Below are positions 49,654 to 58,662 of a DNA stretch of 64,000 nt, piece by piece. The notes under the pieces are model-generated. The model saw only the letters and a list, made by a program, of their open reading frames with translations, was not told the origin of the DNA and searched no databases. The position numbers and the translations under genes are program-made. The stretch is from assembly GCA_045132635.1 (NCBI GenBank), contig JBGUSR010000026.1, forward strand, positions 983-64,982, read 5' to 3'. The first letter of the stretch is position 1, and every line of letters starts with the position of its first letter. The DNA comes from Akkermansia sp. (lineage in GTDB: Bacteria > Verrucomicrobiota > Verrucomicrobiia > Verrucomicrobiales > Akkermansiaceae).

Positions 49654-50916
49654 ATGGACGCTATCATCAATTGGTATAACGACCTCATGAGCAACGAAAT
49701 CTGGTTCTACCTGATTCACACACTGCTCAAGCTGGTCCTTATGTTTGCCGTTATTCTGGCTTTCGTGGTTCTCTCCGTGTGGATTGAACGCCGCGTGGCC
49801 GGCTGGATTCAGGACCGCCCCGGTCCCAACCGCGCAGGTCTGCCGCTCTTCCTGCTGCAGCGTTTCGGCAGCAAGGAGAAACAGCCCCTCAAGAACTGGC
49901 TGCAGTTCTTCGGCATCCCGGAAACCAGCTGGATTGCCAAGCTCTGCACCTGGCTGCGCCTGGACCGCGAGATTCCCTGCTGGGGTCTCATTCAGCCCTG
50001 CCTGGACGGCGGCAAGCTCTTCCTGAAGCAGGAGACCACCCCCTCCTACGTGCGTAAATTCTACTTCATCCTGGCTCCCATGCTGGTGCTGGGTCCGCCC
50101 ATGGTGGCCGCCGCCGTCATTCCGTTCGCCTCTGAGGTGAACACCTGCTACGGCCACATCTCCATGTGCGTGGCTAACCTGGACATCGGCCCGCTGTGGA
50201 TTTTCGCCATCTCCGGTCTGTCTGTATATGGTCTTACCCTGGCCGGCTGGTCCTCCAACTCCAAGTTCCCGTTCCTGGGTGGTCTGCGCGCCACGGCACA
50301 GCTCATTTCCTATGAGGTGTCCATGGGTCTTTCCATCATTCCGCTGCTTATGATGTTCGGCACGCTGAACCTGCAGCAGATTGTGCAGTTCCAGGCAGAC
50401 AACGGCTGGACCCTGCTTCCCCTGTGGGGCGAGGGCCTGAGCTGGCAGCGCTGGGCCATGATGCTCCCGCTGGGCATCAGCTTCATCATCTTCGTGACCT
50501 GCGTCTTTGCTGAAGCCAACCGTACTCCCTTCGATATGGCAGAATGTGAAACCGACCTTGTGGCCGGCTACCACGCCGAGTACTCCTCCATGAAGTTCGC
50601 TTCCTTCTTCATGGGTGAATATGCCGCCATGGTTATCGGCTCTGCCGTGGTGGTCACCCTGTTCCTGGGTGGCTGGTCTATCGGCTTCGGTGCAGATGCC
50701 GCCCTGTCCGCCTACTGCGACTGGCTGGCTGTGCTCTGCCAGCTGATTATGTTCGTCATCAAGCTGCTGGCCTTCATCTTCTTCTTCGTGTGGGTGCGCT
50801 GGACTCTGCCGCGCTTCCGCTGGGACCAGGTGATGAAGCTCGGCTGGCTCTACTTCCTGGAAATCACCGTGGCCAATATCTTCCTGGCCGCCGCTGTCCT
50901 CTACTTCATCAAATAA
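49654..50916 (+). CDS. nuoH: NADH-quinone oxidoreductase subunit H (420 aa, with insertion)
   Basis: ERRVAGWIQDRPGPNR, GLIQPCLDGGKLFLKQE, GWSSNSKFPFLGGLRATAQLISYEV and NRTPFDMAECETDLVAGYHAEYS. Confidence 0.93.
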   Translation: MDAIINWYNDLMSNEIWFYLIHTLLKLVLMFAVILAFVVLSVWIERRVAGWIQDRPGPNRAGLPLFLLQRFGSKEKQPLKNWLQFFGIPETSWIAKLCTWLRLDREIPCWGLIQPCLDGGKLFLKQETTPSYVRKFYFILAPMLVLGPPMVAAAVIPFASEVNTCYGHISMCVANLDIGPLWIFAISGLSVYGLTLAGWSSNSKFPFLGGLRATAQLISYEVSMGLSIIPLLMMFGTLNLQQIVQFQADNGWTLLPLWGEGLSWQRWAMMLPLGISFIIFVTCVFAEANRTPFDMAECETDLVAGYHAEYSSMKFASFFMGEYAAMVIGSAVVVTLFLGGWSIGFGADAALSAYCDWLAVLCQLIMFVIKLLAFIFFFVWVRWTLPRFRWDQVMKLGWLYFLEITVANIFLAAAVLYFIK

Positions 50917-50937
50917 CCCCCTTTTCCTGTAACGAAT

Positions 50938-51504
50938 ATGTCTTATATCAAGATTAAACGACCCAAGTTCAGCCTGCTGGACAAGGTGTATGTGGTCGAG
51001 CTCGTAAAGGGGCTTGCCATCACCATGCGCCACCTGGTGCTTTCCCTGCTCGGCAAGAGCCGCGGCAAGGAGGATTTCAGCCAGAAGGGCGTAGGTGTCT
51101 GTATGCAGTTCCCCGATGAACGCTGGGATTCCCGCCTGCCGGAATACTTCCGCGGCGCCCCCACCCTGGTGCGTGGCGAAGACGGCCGCGAGCGTTGCGT
51201 GTCCTGCCAGCTCTGCGAATTCATCTGCCCGGCTCGTGCCATCACCATCACCCCCGGTGAGGTAGAAGCCACCAGCAACTGCCAGAAGCAGGAAAAGGCA
51301 CCCGCCAAGTTCGAAATCGATATGCTCCGCTGCATCTACTGCGGTATGTGCCAGGAAGCATGCCCCGAACAAGCCATCTTCCTCTCCAAGGAATACCTCA
51401 TCACCCTGACCGACCGCAAGCAGGCCATCCGCGACAAGGAAACCCTGTACCGTCTGGGCGGCACGCGCAAGGGTCTTGTCAACAAGTGGAACCAGTACAA
51501 ATAA
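50938..51504 (+). CDS. nuoI: NADH-quinone oxidoreductase subunit I (2x 4Fe-4S)
   Basis: CVSCQLCEFICPARAI and CIYCGMCQEACPEQAI. Confidence 0.94.
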   Translation: MSYIKIKRPKFSLLDKVYVVELVKGLAITMRHLVLSLLGKSRGKEDFSQKGVGVCMQFPDERWDSRLPEYFRGAPTLVRGEDGRERCVSCQLCEFICPARAITITPGEVEATSNCQKQEKAPAKFEIDMLRCIYCGMCQEACPEQAIFLSKEYLITLTDRKQAIRDKETLYRLGGTRKGLVNKWNQYK

Positions 51505-51513
51505 AATACCGTT

Positions 51514-52197
51514 ATGTTTGAATCCTCCCTTTGTCAGATTCTGTTCTACGTGCTGGCTGCTCTGGCCGTGCTCTGCGCTATCGGCGTGGTGGCATACCGC
51601 AACCCGGTGAACTCTGCCATGTGCATGGCGGTGTGCTTCGCCATGGTGGCAGCCATCTTCTTCGGCATGGGTGCTCAGTTCCTGGGCATTGTGCAGCTCA
51701 TCGTATACGCTGGTGCCATTCTGGTGCTCTTCCTCTTCGTGGTGATGATGCTCGACATCCACGACGAAAACCACACCAGCAAGACCGGCTGGCACGCTGT
51801 CGTAGGTGTGCTCGTTGCTGGTTGCGCTGCTGGCATCATCTTCAAGGCTGCCATCAACCTGCCCGGCGCCACGGATAACGCCTGCCCGGTGAAGACCCTG
51901 TGCACCAGCGCAGGTGAGCTCCTGATTGGCGATGCCCGCCAGGCTGCTCCCCAGCCGGTTGAGGCTGCACAGTACGGCGGTGCCCTGCCCGAGCTGAGCG
52001 CTGCAGCTGCTGCCCGCATGGAGAATCCTTCCATCTCCGCAGAAGATGCCGCCAAGGCCACCTCTATCTCTGATGTGAAGCTCATCGGCAAGTGCCTGTA
52101 CACTCACTATAACATTCCGTTTGTCATCCTGGGCTTTGCCCTGCTCTCCGGCACGGTGGGCGCGGTGGCTCTCGCTCGCAAGATCCGCAAAGACTAA
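51514..52197 (+). CDS. nuoJ: NADH-quinone oxidoreductase subunit J
   Basis: Hydrophobic N-terminal NuoJ-like sequence (FYVLAALAVLCAIGVVAYRNPVNSAM, GAQFLGIVQLIVYAGAILVLFLFVVMML). Its position between nuoI and nuoK supports the call. Confidence 0.88.
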   Translation: MFESSLCQILFYVLAALAVLCAIGVVAYRNPVNSAMCMAVCFAMVAAIFFGMGAQFLGIVQLIVYAGAILVLFLFVVMMLDIHDENHTSKTGWHAVVGVLVAGCAAGIIFKAAINLPGATDNACPVKTLCTSAGELLIGDARQAAPQPVEAAQYGGALPELSAAAAARMENPSISAEDAAKATSISDVKLIGKCLYTHYNIPFVILGFALLSGTVGAVALARKIRKD

Positions 52198-52213
52198 CCC
52201 CTTTTCCTGACTC

Positions 52214-52531
52214 ATGATTCCGTTAGCACATTACCTGATTCTGTCGGGCATCCTGTTCACCATCGGTCTGGCCGGTGTACTCGTCCGCAAGAACATCATC
52301 GTGGTGTTCATGTGCCTGGAGATGATGCTCTGCGCCTCGTCCGTGGCTCTGGTGGCATTCTCCCGCGCACAGGGAACCGCCGGTGTTCCGGTGTACGATG
52401 CCCAGGTGCTGTCCCTGTTCATCACCGGCATTGCCGCAGCTGAAGTAGCCATCGGCCTTGCTCTCATCGTAGCCATGTTCCGTGCGCGGCGCACGGTGGA
52501 AAGCACGGCTCTCAACTCACTTAAAGACTAA
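52214..52531 (+). CDS. nuoK: NADH-quinone oxidoreductase subunit K
   Basis: 105 aa: MIPLAHYLILSGILFTIGLAGVLVRKNIIVVFMCLEMML... AAAEVAIGLALIV. Confidence 0.93.
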   Translation: MIPLAHYLILSGILFTIGLAGVLVRKNIIVVFMCLEMMLCASSVALVAFSRAQGTAGVPVYDAQVLSLFITGIAAAEVAIGLALIVAMFRARRTVESTALNSLKD

Positions 52532-52539
52532 ATACCAGC

Positions 52540-54387
52540 ATGAATATGATTCACAATCTCCCCTGGTTGTTCCTGCTGCTGCCCCTGGTTGTTGCAGCCA
52601 TTGACTGGGTGTGCCTGAACAAGCACCCCCGCCTGGCCGCCACGCTGTCGCTGCTTTCCGCTGCGGCTACCCTCGGTCTCTGCATTGCCTACCTTACCGG
52701 TCTGCAGACCGGCACTCCGGGTGTCTATACATGGATGCCCTGCTCCCTGGAGCAGCTCTGCCTGCACCTTGGTCTGGTCATGGATCCGCTTGCCATGCGC
52801 ATGATGCTGGTAGTAACGGGCATTGGCCTGCTGGTGCATTTTTTCTCCATCGGCTACATGAAGGGCGACTCCTCCAACCTGAGCCGCTACTACGCCGGTC
52901 TGAGCATCTTCATGTTCAGCATGAGCACCATCGTTCTGGCAGATAACCTGGCCATGACCTTCATCGGCTGGGAAATGGTAGGCTTCTCCTCCTACCTGCT
53001 CATCGGCCACTGGTTCAACAAGGCCAGCGCTGCTGATGCTGCCAAGAAGGCATTCATCACCAACCGCGTGGGTGACTTCGGCTTCCTGCTCGGCATTCTG
53101 CTCACCCTGGGCTTCTTCGGCACCATGAACTTTGCCGATATGGCTGGCAAGGCTGCCGGCATTGCCCCGGCTGTGCTCACCGTCACCATCGTGTGCCTCT
53201 TCTGCGGCGCCGTGGGTAAGTCTGCCCAGTTCCCGCTGCATGTGTGGCTGCCGGACGCCATGGAAGGCCCCACCCCGGTATCTGCACTCATCCACGCCGC
53301 TACCATGGTGGCCGCGGGTGTCTATATGCTGGTTCGCCTGCAGGTGAGCATGGGTGTTGAGGCCTTTACAGACACCGCCTGCAACATCATCGCCTGGACA
53401 GGTGCCATCACGGCTGTTATCGCCGCCATCATGGCCACCCAGCAGGACGACATCAAGCGCGTGCTTGCCTACTCCACCCTTTCCCAGCTGGGCTACATGG
53501 TCATGGCTGTGGGTCTGCTGGCTGGTGAAGCCGCCATGTTCCACCTCTACACGCACGCCTGGTTCAAGGCTCTGCTCTTCCTCGGTGCCGGTGCCATCAT
53601 CATCTGCTGCCACCACGAGCAGGACATCTGGAAGATGGGTGGTCTTTCCAAGCGCATGCCGCTCACCGTTCTCTGCTTCATGATGGGTACCTGCGCCCTC
53701 ATCGCCATCCCCGGCTTCTCCGGTTTCTTCTCCAAGGAAGCTATTCTGGATGCCGCCCTGGCCAAGAACCCCGTCTTCTTCTGGATTGGTGCCGGCGTAG
53801 CCGCGCTCACCACGTTCTACATGCTGCGTCTCTGCATTGTGGCCTTCATGGGCCCGGCCCGCGACCACGGTGCCGAGCACGCCAAGGAAGCCGGCTTCAC
53901 CATGGCCCTGCCGCTCCTGATTCTGGCTGTCATGGCCGTTATCTCCGGCTATGGCTTCATCGCCAATGACCTGGTTCCCTTCAACGGTTTCCACGCACAC
54001 GGCTTCGCCCTGGGTCTGCCCTTCTATGTAAGCATGGGCTCCCTGGCTCTGGGCATCCTCCTGGCTCTGGCCATCTACGGCCTCGGCAGCCGCACCAGGG
54101 ACCCGCTGGCTGGCAACTGCATCTCCAAGGCTCTCCGCAACCGCCTCTACATTGATGCTCTGTACGACAAGGTCATCATCGGCGGCCTGCAGCAGGGTTT
54201 TGCCCACCTCATGGAGTTCCTGGATATGTTCATCATCCGTGGCATCATCTGCCAGCTTCTGGTGTGGATTTCCGTCCGCATCGGTTACCTGTGCAGCTGG
54301 CTGCAGTGCGGTTCCCTGCGTGCCTACTCGCTCGTGTCCGCCATCGGCCTGGTCATTCTTCTCCTTCTTCTTGCAAACCAATTCTAA
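52540..54387 (+). CDS. nuoL: NADH-quinone oxidoreductase subunit L
   Basis: 615 aa: FIGWEMVGFSSYLLIGHW, GKSAQFPLHVWLPDAMEGPTPVSALIHAATMV. Confidence 0.94.
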   Translation: MNMIHNLPWLFLLLPLVVAAIDWVCLNKHPRLAATLSLLSAAATLGLCIAYLTGLQTGTPGVYTWMPCSLEQLCLHLGLVMDPLAMRMMLVVTGIGLLVHFFSIGYMKGDSSNLSRYYAGLSIFMFSMSTIVLADNLAMTFIGWEMVGFSSYLLIGHWFNKASAADAAKKAFITNRVGDFGFLLGILLTLGFFGTMNFADMAGKAAGIAPAVLTVTIVCLFCGAVGKSAQFPLHVWLPDAMEGPTPVSALIHAATMVAAGVYMLVRLQVSMGVEAFTDTACNIIAWTGAITAVIAAIMATQQDDIKRVLAYSTLSQLGYMVMAVGLLAGEAAMFHLYTHAWFKALLFLGAGAIIICCHHEQDIWKMGGLSKRMPLTVLCFMMGTCALIAIPGFSGFFSKEAILDAALAKNPVFFWIGAGVAALTTFYMLRLCIVAFMGPARDHGAEHAKEAGFTMALPLLILAVMAVISGYGFIANDLVPFNGFHAHGFALGLPFYVSMGSLALGILLALAIYGLGSRTRDPLAGNCISKALRNRLYIDALYDKVIIGGLQQGFAHLMEFLDMFIIRGIICQLLVWISVRIGYLCSWLQCGSLRAYSLVSAIGLVILLLLLANQF

Positions 54388-54402
54388 ACGCTTTTCACAA
54401 TC

Positions 54403-55878
54403 ATGCTTATCTGGCTTATCCTTGTACCTGTGATTGCAGCAGCCTGCATTGGTCTGCTCAAGACACCGGGCCGTCTCACAGCCCTCATCAGCGCTGTCAT
54501 CTCCCTTATCCTGGGTGGCTTCGCCGTGCTGGCTCCTGATTGCTGCAGCGAGTGCCTGACCAGCTTCTGTGGCACGCCCATGCAGCTCACTCTGGGTCTG
54601 CCGCTCAGCCGCATCATGGTGCTGCTGGCCATTCTGGTCACCTTTGCTGCCGTATGCGGCATGAAGGCACCCGATGCCAACGCCGAGCGCAGCTGGGCGA
54701 TCTCTGCCCTGCTCATCAGCACTGGTGCCATCGGCGCTTTCATGTCCGACAGCATCATCTCCTTCTACGGTTTCCATGAACTGGCCCTCATCCCGACCTT
54801 CGTGATGATTGGTTACTATGGCCGTGGGGATCGCCGCAACATCGCCTGGACCGCCACCATTTACCTGGGTCTGGCCTCCATGGTGCTGCTGGCTGGTCTT
54901 CTTCTTCTGTGCGTGCAGATGAACGCCTGGACCTTCAGCGATATGGCCGCCGCCGTGCAGGCTGGCGCCATGCCCACCTCTGCCGGGCTCATTTCTGCCC
55001 TGCTTCTGGTAGGTTTCGGCACGCTGGTTTCCCTGTTCCCGTTCCACACCTGGGCAGCCCCGGCCTATGCCAGCGCCCCCACTCCCGTGGCCATGCTGCA
55101 TGCCGGTGTGCTCAAGAAGTTTGGTCTGTATGGTCTCTTCACCCTGGCCTACATCTTCGGGCCGAAGTGCCAGGAGCTCTTCGGCACCTGGAACAACTGG
55201 CTGCTGGTTCTCCTGCTGGGCAACGTGCTCTGGGTGGGTTATGTCACCATCTCCCAGACCCGTCTGGACGACATGCTCGGTAACTCCTCCGTGATGCACA
55301 TGGGCTACATCTTCCTGGCCTTTGCTGCCTACATCGCCTGCGCCGGCAACAACGAGCTCGCCTTCCAGGGCGCTGCTCTCCTCATGCTGGCACATGGTCT
55401 CACCATCGCCATGCTCTTCCTGCTCACCGGGCAGATTGAGGCACAGACCCGCACCCTGGAGCTCGACTGCATGGGCGGCCTGGGCACCAAGCTCCCGGCC
55501 CTCGGTTTCCTGTTCGGCCTGGCCGGCATGGCTTCCGTAGGCCTGCCCCTGCTGGCCAACTTCGCTGGCGAATTCAGCATCTTCGTATCCTGCTTTGCCG
55601 GTTGGACGCCCGCAGTCTCCACCTGCGATTGCTGGCTCGGCGCCGTTGCCAACTTCTTCGGTGGCATGGGGCCTGTGCAGCTGACCACCATCGGTGCCCT
55701 GTGGGGTCTGGTCATCAGCGCCATCTACATGCTGCGTGCTTTCCGCAACATCTTCGAAGGCCCGGTTGGCAAGACCACGGAACGCGCCACCAGCCTCACG
55801 GTGCTCGACATCGTGGCTGCCTGCTTCCTGGCAGTCTTCATCGTTCTCTTCGGCATCGTGCCCCCCACCTGCCTCTAA
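54403..55878 (+). CDS. nuoM: NADH-quinone oxidoreductase subunit M
   Basis: 491 aa antiporter-like subunit: FPFHTWAAPAYASAPTPVAMLHAGVLKKFGLYG. Confidence 0.92.
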   Translation: MLIWLILVPVIAAACIGLLKTPGRLTALISAVISLILGGFAVLAPDCCSECLTSFCGTPMQLTLGLPLSRIMVLLAILVTFAAVCGMKAPDANAERSWAISALLISTGAIGAFMSDSIISFYGFHELALIPTFVMIGYYGRGDRRNIAWTATIYLGLASMVLLAGLLLLCVQMNAWTFSDMAAAVQAGAMPTSAGLISALLLVGFGTLVSLFPFHTWAAPAYASAPTPVAMLHAGVLKKFGLYGLFTLAYIFGPKCQELFGTWNNWLLVLLLGNVLWVGYVTISQTRLDDMLGNSSVMHMGYIFLAFAAYIACAGNNELAFQGAALLMLAHGLTIAMLFLLTGQIEAQTRTLELDCMGGLGTKLPALGFLFGLAGMASVGLPLLANFAGEFSIFVSCFAGWTPAVSTCDCWLGAVANFFGGMGPVQLTTIGALWGLVISAIYMLRAFRNIFEGPVGKTTERATSLTVLDIVAACFLAVFIVLFGIVPPTCL

Positions 55879-55909
55879 TATCCACTGACACCCCAACATT
55901 GAGCAACAT

Positions 55910-57358
55910 ATGAATATCGTATCAACCTACACCTGGTGTCAGTTCGCACCGACATTCGCCCTGGTGGGTCTGGCAGCCCTGCTCATCCTGGCAGATGCTC
56001 TTCTGCCCAAGCTCCCGAAGCGCCTGTACGCCGGCATCGCCGCGCTGGGTTCCTTTGTGGCCGCTTTCTTCATGACCACCGGTGAGTACGCCAACCTCTT
56101 CGGCTTCATCGCAACCTTAGCCACGGGGCTTTCCATTCTGCTGGCTTTCGACTACACCAAGGTCTGCTGCGAATCCATTGCCGGCAACGGCAATGAGGAA
56201 GGCACCGGCGAATTCTACGCCCTTCCCCTGGTAGCCTGCGCCGGCATTCTGAGCCTCACCCAGGCCCGCGACCTCGTCATGCTCTTCGTGAGCCTTGAGG
56301 TTGTCACCCTCACGTCCTACGTGCTGGCTGGCTACTTCCGCCGCAACCAGGGCTCTATCGAGGCAGGCATCAAGTACCTCGTACTCGGCGCCATGAGCAC
56401 CGGTATCCTCGTCTACGGTATCGCCTGGTACTTCGGCATGGTCGGCAGCTTTACCCTCAGCGCAGAGACCGTGTACTCCGCCCTGAACGGCGGCGTGGCC
56501 GGCAGCCCTGCCCTGGCCTTTGGTTTCCTGCTGGCCACCGCCATGCTCTTTGCCGGCGCCTTCTTCAAGATTGGTGCTGCTCCCATGCACGTGTGGATTC
56601 CGGACGTATACCAGGGTGCCCCCACGCCCACCACGGCGTTCCTGGCAGTAGCCTCCAAGGCCGCAGGTTTCGTAGTACTCTGCAGCCTCATCCTGCCTTT
56701 TGCTCCGTTTGCCACACCCGGCAGCCTGCTTGGCCGCATTCTGGTTACCACCATTGCCATCGTGGCAGCAGCCACCCTGCTTATCGGTAACCTGGGTGCC
56801 ATGCGCCAGACCAATCTGAAGCGCCTCCTGGGCTACTCCTCCATTGGTCAGGCCGGTTTCATCCTGGTGTTCTTCCTCCAGATGCAAGTTGCGCTGGAGT
56901 TCAACGTATGCGAATACCTCCTGGCCTATGCTCTGGCCACCATCTCTGCCTTCTTCGCAGTAGCCATGGTGCGTACCCAGCGCGGCAGCGAGGAAATCGC
57001 AGCTTTCCGCGGCCTGGGCAAGACCAATCCCCGCACTGCTTTCCTCATCACGGTAAGCTTTGCCTCCCTGGCTGGTGTACCCCTTACCCTGGGCTTCATG
57101 GTCAAGCTCAAGACCTTCGTGACCGTCGTCAGCGCTATCCAGAACTGGGATAACTTCTGCTGGCTGCTCGTCATCATGGTCATCACCGCCGCCACTGGTT
57201 TCTACTATTACTTCAAGGTGCTCCGCTCCATGTACTGGGAGAAGCCGCAGCCCGGTGTACCGGCTCTGCGCGTGCCCCTGTGCACCGGCGTTGTGCTGAC
57301 CATCAGCGCCATTGCCCTCATCATCCTGGGCACCCTGCCGCTGCTGATGCGCTTCTGA
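55910..57358 (+). CDS. nuoN: NADH-quinone oxidoreductase subunit N
   Basis: 482 aa: FKIGAAPMHVWIPDVYQGAPTPTTAFLAVASKAAGF. Last gene before the terminator. Confidence 0.92.
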   Translation: MNIVSTYTWCQFAPTFALVGLAALLILADALLPKLPKRLYAGIAALGSFVAAFFMTTGEYANLFGFIATLATGLSILLAFDYTKVCCESIAGNGNEEGTGEFYALPLVACAGILSLTQARDLVMLFVSLEVVTLTSYVLAGYFRRNQGSIEAGIKYLVLGAMSTGILVYGIAWYFGMVGSFTLSAETVYSALNGGVAGSPALAFGFLLATAMLFAGAFFKIGAAPMHVWIPDVYQGAPTPTTAFLAVASKAAGFVVLCSLILPFAPFATPGSLLGRILVTTIAIVAAATLLIGNLGAMRQTNLKRLLGYSSIGQAGFILVFFLQMQVALEFNVCEYLLAYALATISAFFAVAMVRTQRGSEEIAAFRGLGKTNPRTAFLITVSFASLAGVPLTLGFMVKLKTFVTVVSAIQNWDNFCWLLVIMVITAATGFYYYFKVLRSMYWEKPQPGVPALRVPLCTGVVLTISAIALIILGTLPLLMRF

Positions 57359-57387
57359 TGCGCGCTCCGTAAAACGAAATTTACCTA

Positions 57388-57421
57388 GCCCCCCGCGAGT
57401 CCTTCTCGCGGGGGGCTTTCA
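57388..57421 (+). terminator. rho-independent terminator of the nuo operon
   Basis: 12-bp GC-rich stem gccccccgcgag / ctcgcggggggc with loop tcctt, followed by a short T-tract (tttc). Confidence 0.65.
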
Positions 57422-57489
57422 TATCTCTGCCTGGCGGTGATAAATCCCCGTGCGACGCCCGGGGATAACTGCCCTGACGCGTTATCTCC

Positions 57490-57517
57490 TTGCATACGGG
57501 CGCAACACGCGTATAAT
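57490..57517 (+). promoter_or_regulatory. candidate aroB promoter placing the TSS at or next to the start codon
   Basis: TTGCAT (57490-57495), 16-nt spacer, consensus TATAAT (57512-57517). The aroB ATG is at 57524, only 6 nt after the -10 box. Confidence 0.4.
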
Positions 57518-57523
57518 GGCCAC

Positions 57524-58639
57524 ATGGCGAATGTATCCCTTTCACTCGGTTCTCATTCCTACGATGTGCATGTCTCCAACGGCGCACTGGATTCCATAGC
57601 ATACCTGTGCAGCAGCGTGCGCCTTCATGGAAAAGCCGCCATCATCTCTGATACCAACGTGGCCCCGCTCTATGCCGGGCGCGTGCAGCAGAGCCTGCAG
57701 GAAGGCGGCTACACCACCAGCCTGCACACCTTCCCCGCCGGCGAGGCCTCCAAGAACCTCTCCACCATCGAAACCCTGGCGGGCGAAATGGTGGCCGCCG
57801 GGCACGACCGCACCAGCTTCGTGATTGCGCTGGGCGGCGGTGTAGTGGGCGATATGGCAGGCTTCCTCGCCAGCATCTACTACCGCGGCATTCCCTTTGT
57901 GCAGATTCCCACCAGCGTCATGGCCCAGGTGGATAGCTCCGTGGGTGGCAAAACCGCAGTGGACATCGCCTCCGGCAAAAACCTCATCGGCGCCTTCCAC
58001 CAGCCCCGCCTTGTCCTTATCGACCCCACCACCCTCACCACCCTCTCCCCGCGCCTTATCCGCGAAGGCATGGCCGAAATGGTGAAGCACGCCGCCATCC
58101 GCAAGCCCGGCATGCTTCACACCCTGCGGGAGCTCGCAGATGAAATCGACCTCGGCTTCTCCCTCCAGACCATCGAAAGACTGCCCGATATCATCGCCGC
58201 TAACATCGCCATCAAAGCCCGTATCGTGGAGGAGGACGAAAAGGAAACCCTCGGCATCCGCGCTTTCCTCAACCTGGGCCACACCATCGGCCACGGCATC
58301 GAGGCCGCCCTGCCCTACGGCGAGCTGCTGCATGGCGAGGCCGTAAGCCTCGGGCTCCGCGCGGCGCTCCACCTCTCCCGCCAATACGCCGGGCTCAGCG
58401 CCGCCGATGAGCGAGACCTGCTGGAAACCCTGCAGGCGCTGGAGCTCCCCCTCACCCTGCCGGAGGGTGTCGATGCAGACCGCGCCCTGGCCCTCACCGC
58501 CAGCGACAAGAAATTCCAGAACGGCGCCATCCGCTTCGTCCTCCTCAAGCAACTCGGCTACCCCGTCCTCAGCAAGGAAATCACCCAGCAGGACCTCCGA
58601 AACGCTATCCAGGTACTCACCACCCCCATTAATCACTAA
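57524..58639 (+). CDS. aroB: 3-dehydroquinate synthase
   Basis: MANVSLSLGSHSYDVHVSNGAL..., GGGVVGDMAGFLASIYYRGIPFVQIPTSVMAQVDSSVGGKTAVD, NLGHTIGHGIE. The track start 57437 is a GTG that adds 29 non-conserved residues. Confidence 0.93.
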   Translation: MANVSLSLGSHSYDVHVSNGALDSIAYLCSSVRLHGKAAIISDTNVAPLYAGRVQQSLQEGGYTTSLHTFPAGEASKNLSTIETLAGEMVAAGHDRTSFVIALGGGVVGDMAGFLASIYYRGIPFVQIPTSVMAQVDSSVGGKTAVDIASGKNLIGAFHQPRLVLIDPTTLTTLSPRLIREGMAEMVKHAAIRKPGMLHTLRELADEIDLGFSLQTIERLPDIIAANIAIKARIVEEDEKETLGIRAFLNLGHTIGHGIEAALPYGELLHGEAVSLGLRAALHLSRQYAGLSAADERDLLETLQALELPLTLPEGVDADRALALTASDKKFQNGAIRFVLLKQLGYPVLSKEITQQDLRNAIQVLTTPINH

Positions 58640-58662
58640 TCATTATTCACTATTCATTTCCC

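Noticed and set aside
46448-55899. Three very long minus-strand ORFs (46448-49273, 49513-52215, 52528-55899; 900-1,123 aa) opposite the nuo operon
   Set aside because: The + strand encodes unmistakable NuoE-NuoN motifs (Fe-S cysteine patterns, antiporter-like signatures). The antisense translations are G/A/H/V/E-rich with no domains. These are typical high-GC antisense open frames.
57437-57523. GTG-initiated 29-codon N-terminal extension of aroB given by the ORF track
   Set aside because: The extension overlaps the promoter-like TTGCAT-N16-TATAAT and begins 16 nt after the nuo terminator. AroB homology starts at the ATG at 57524.
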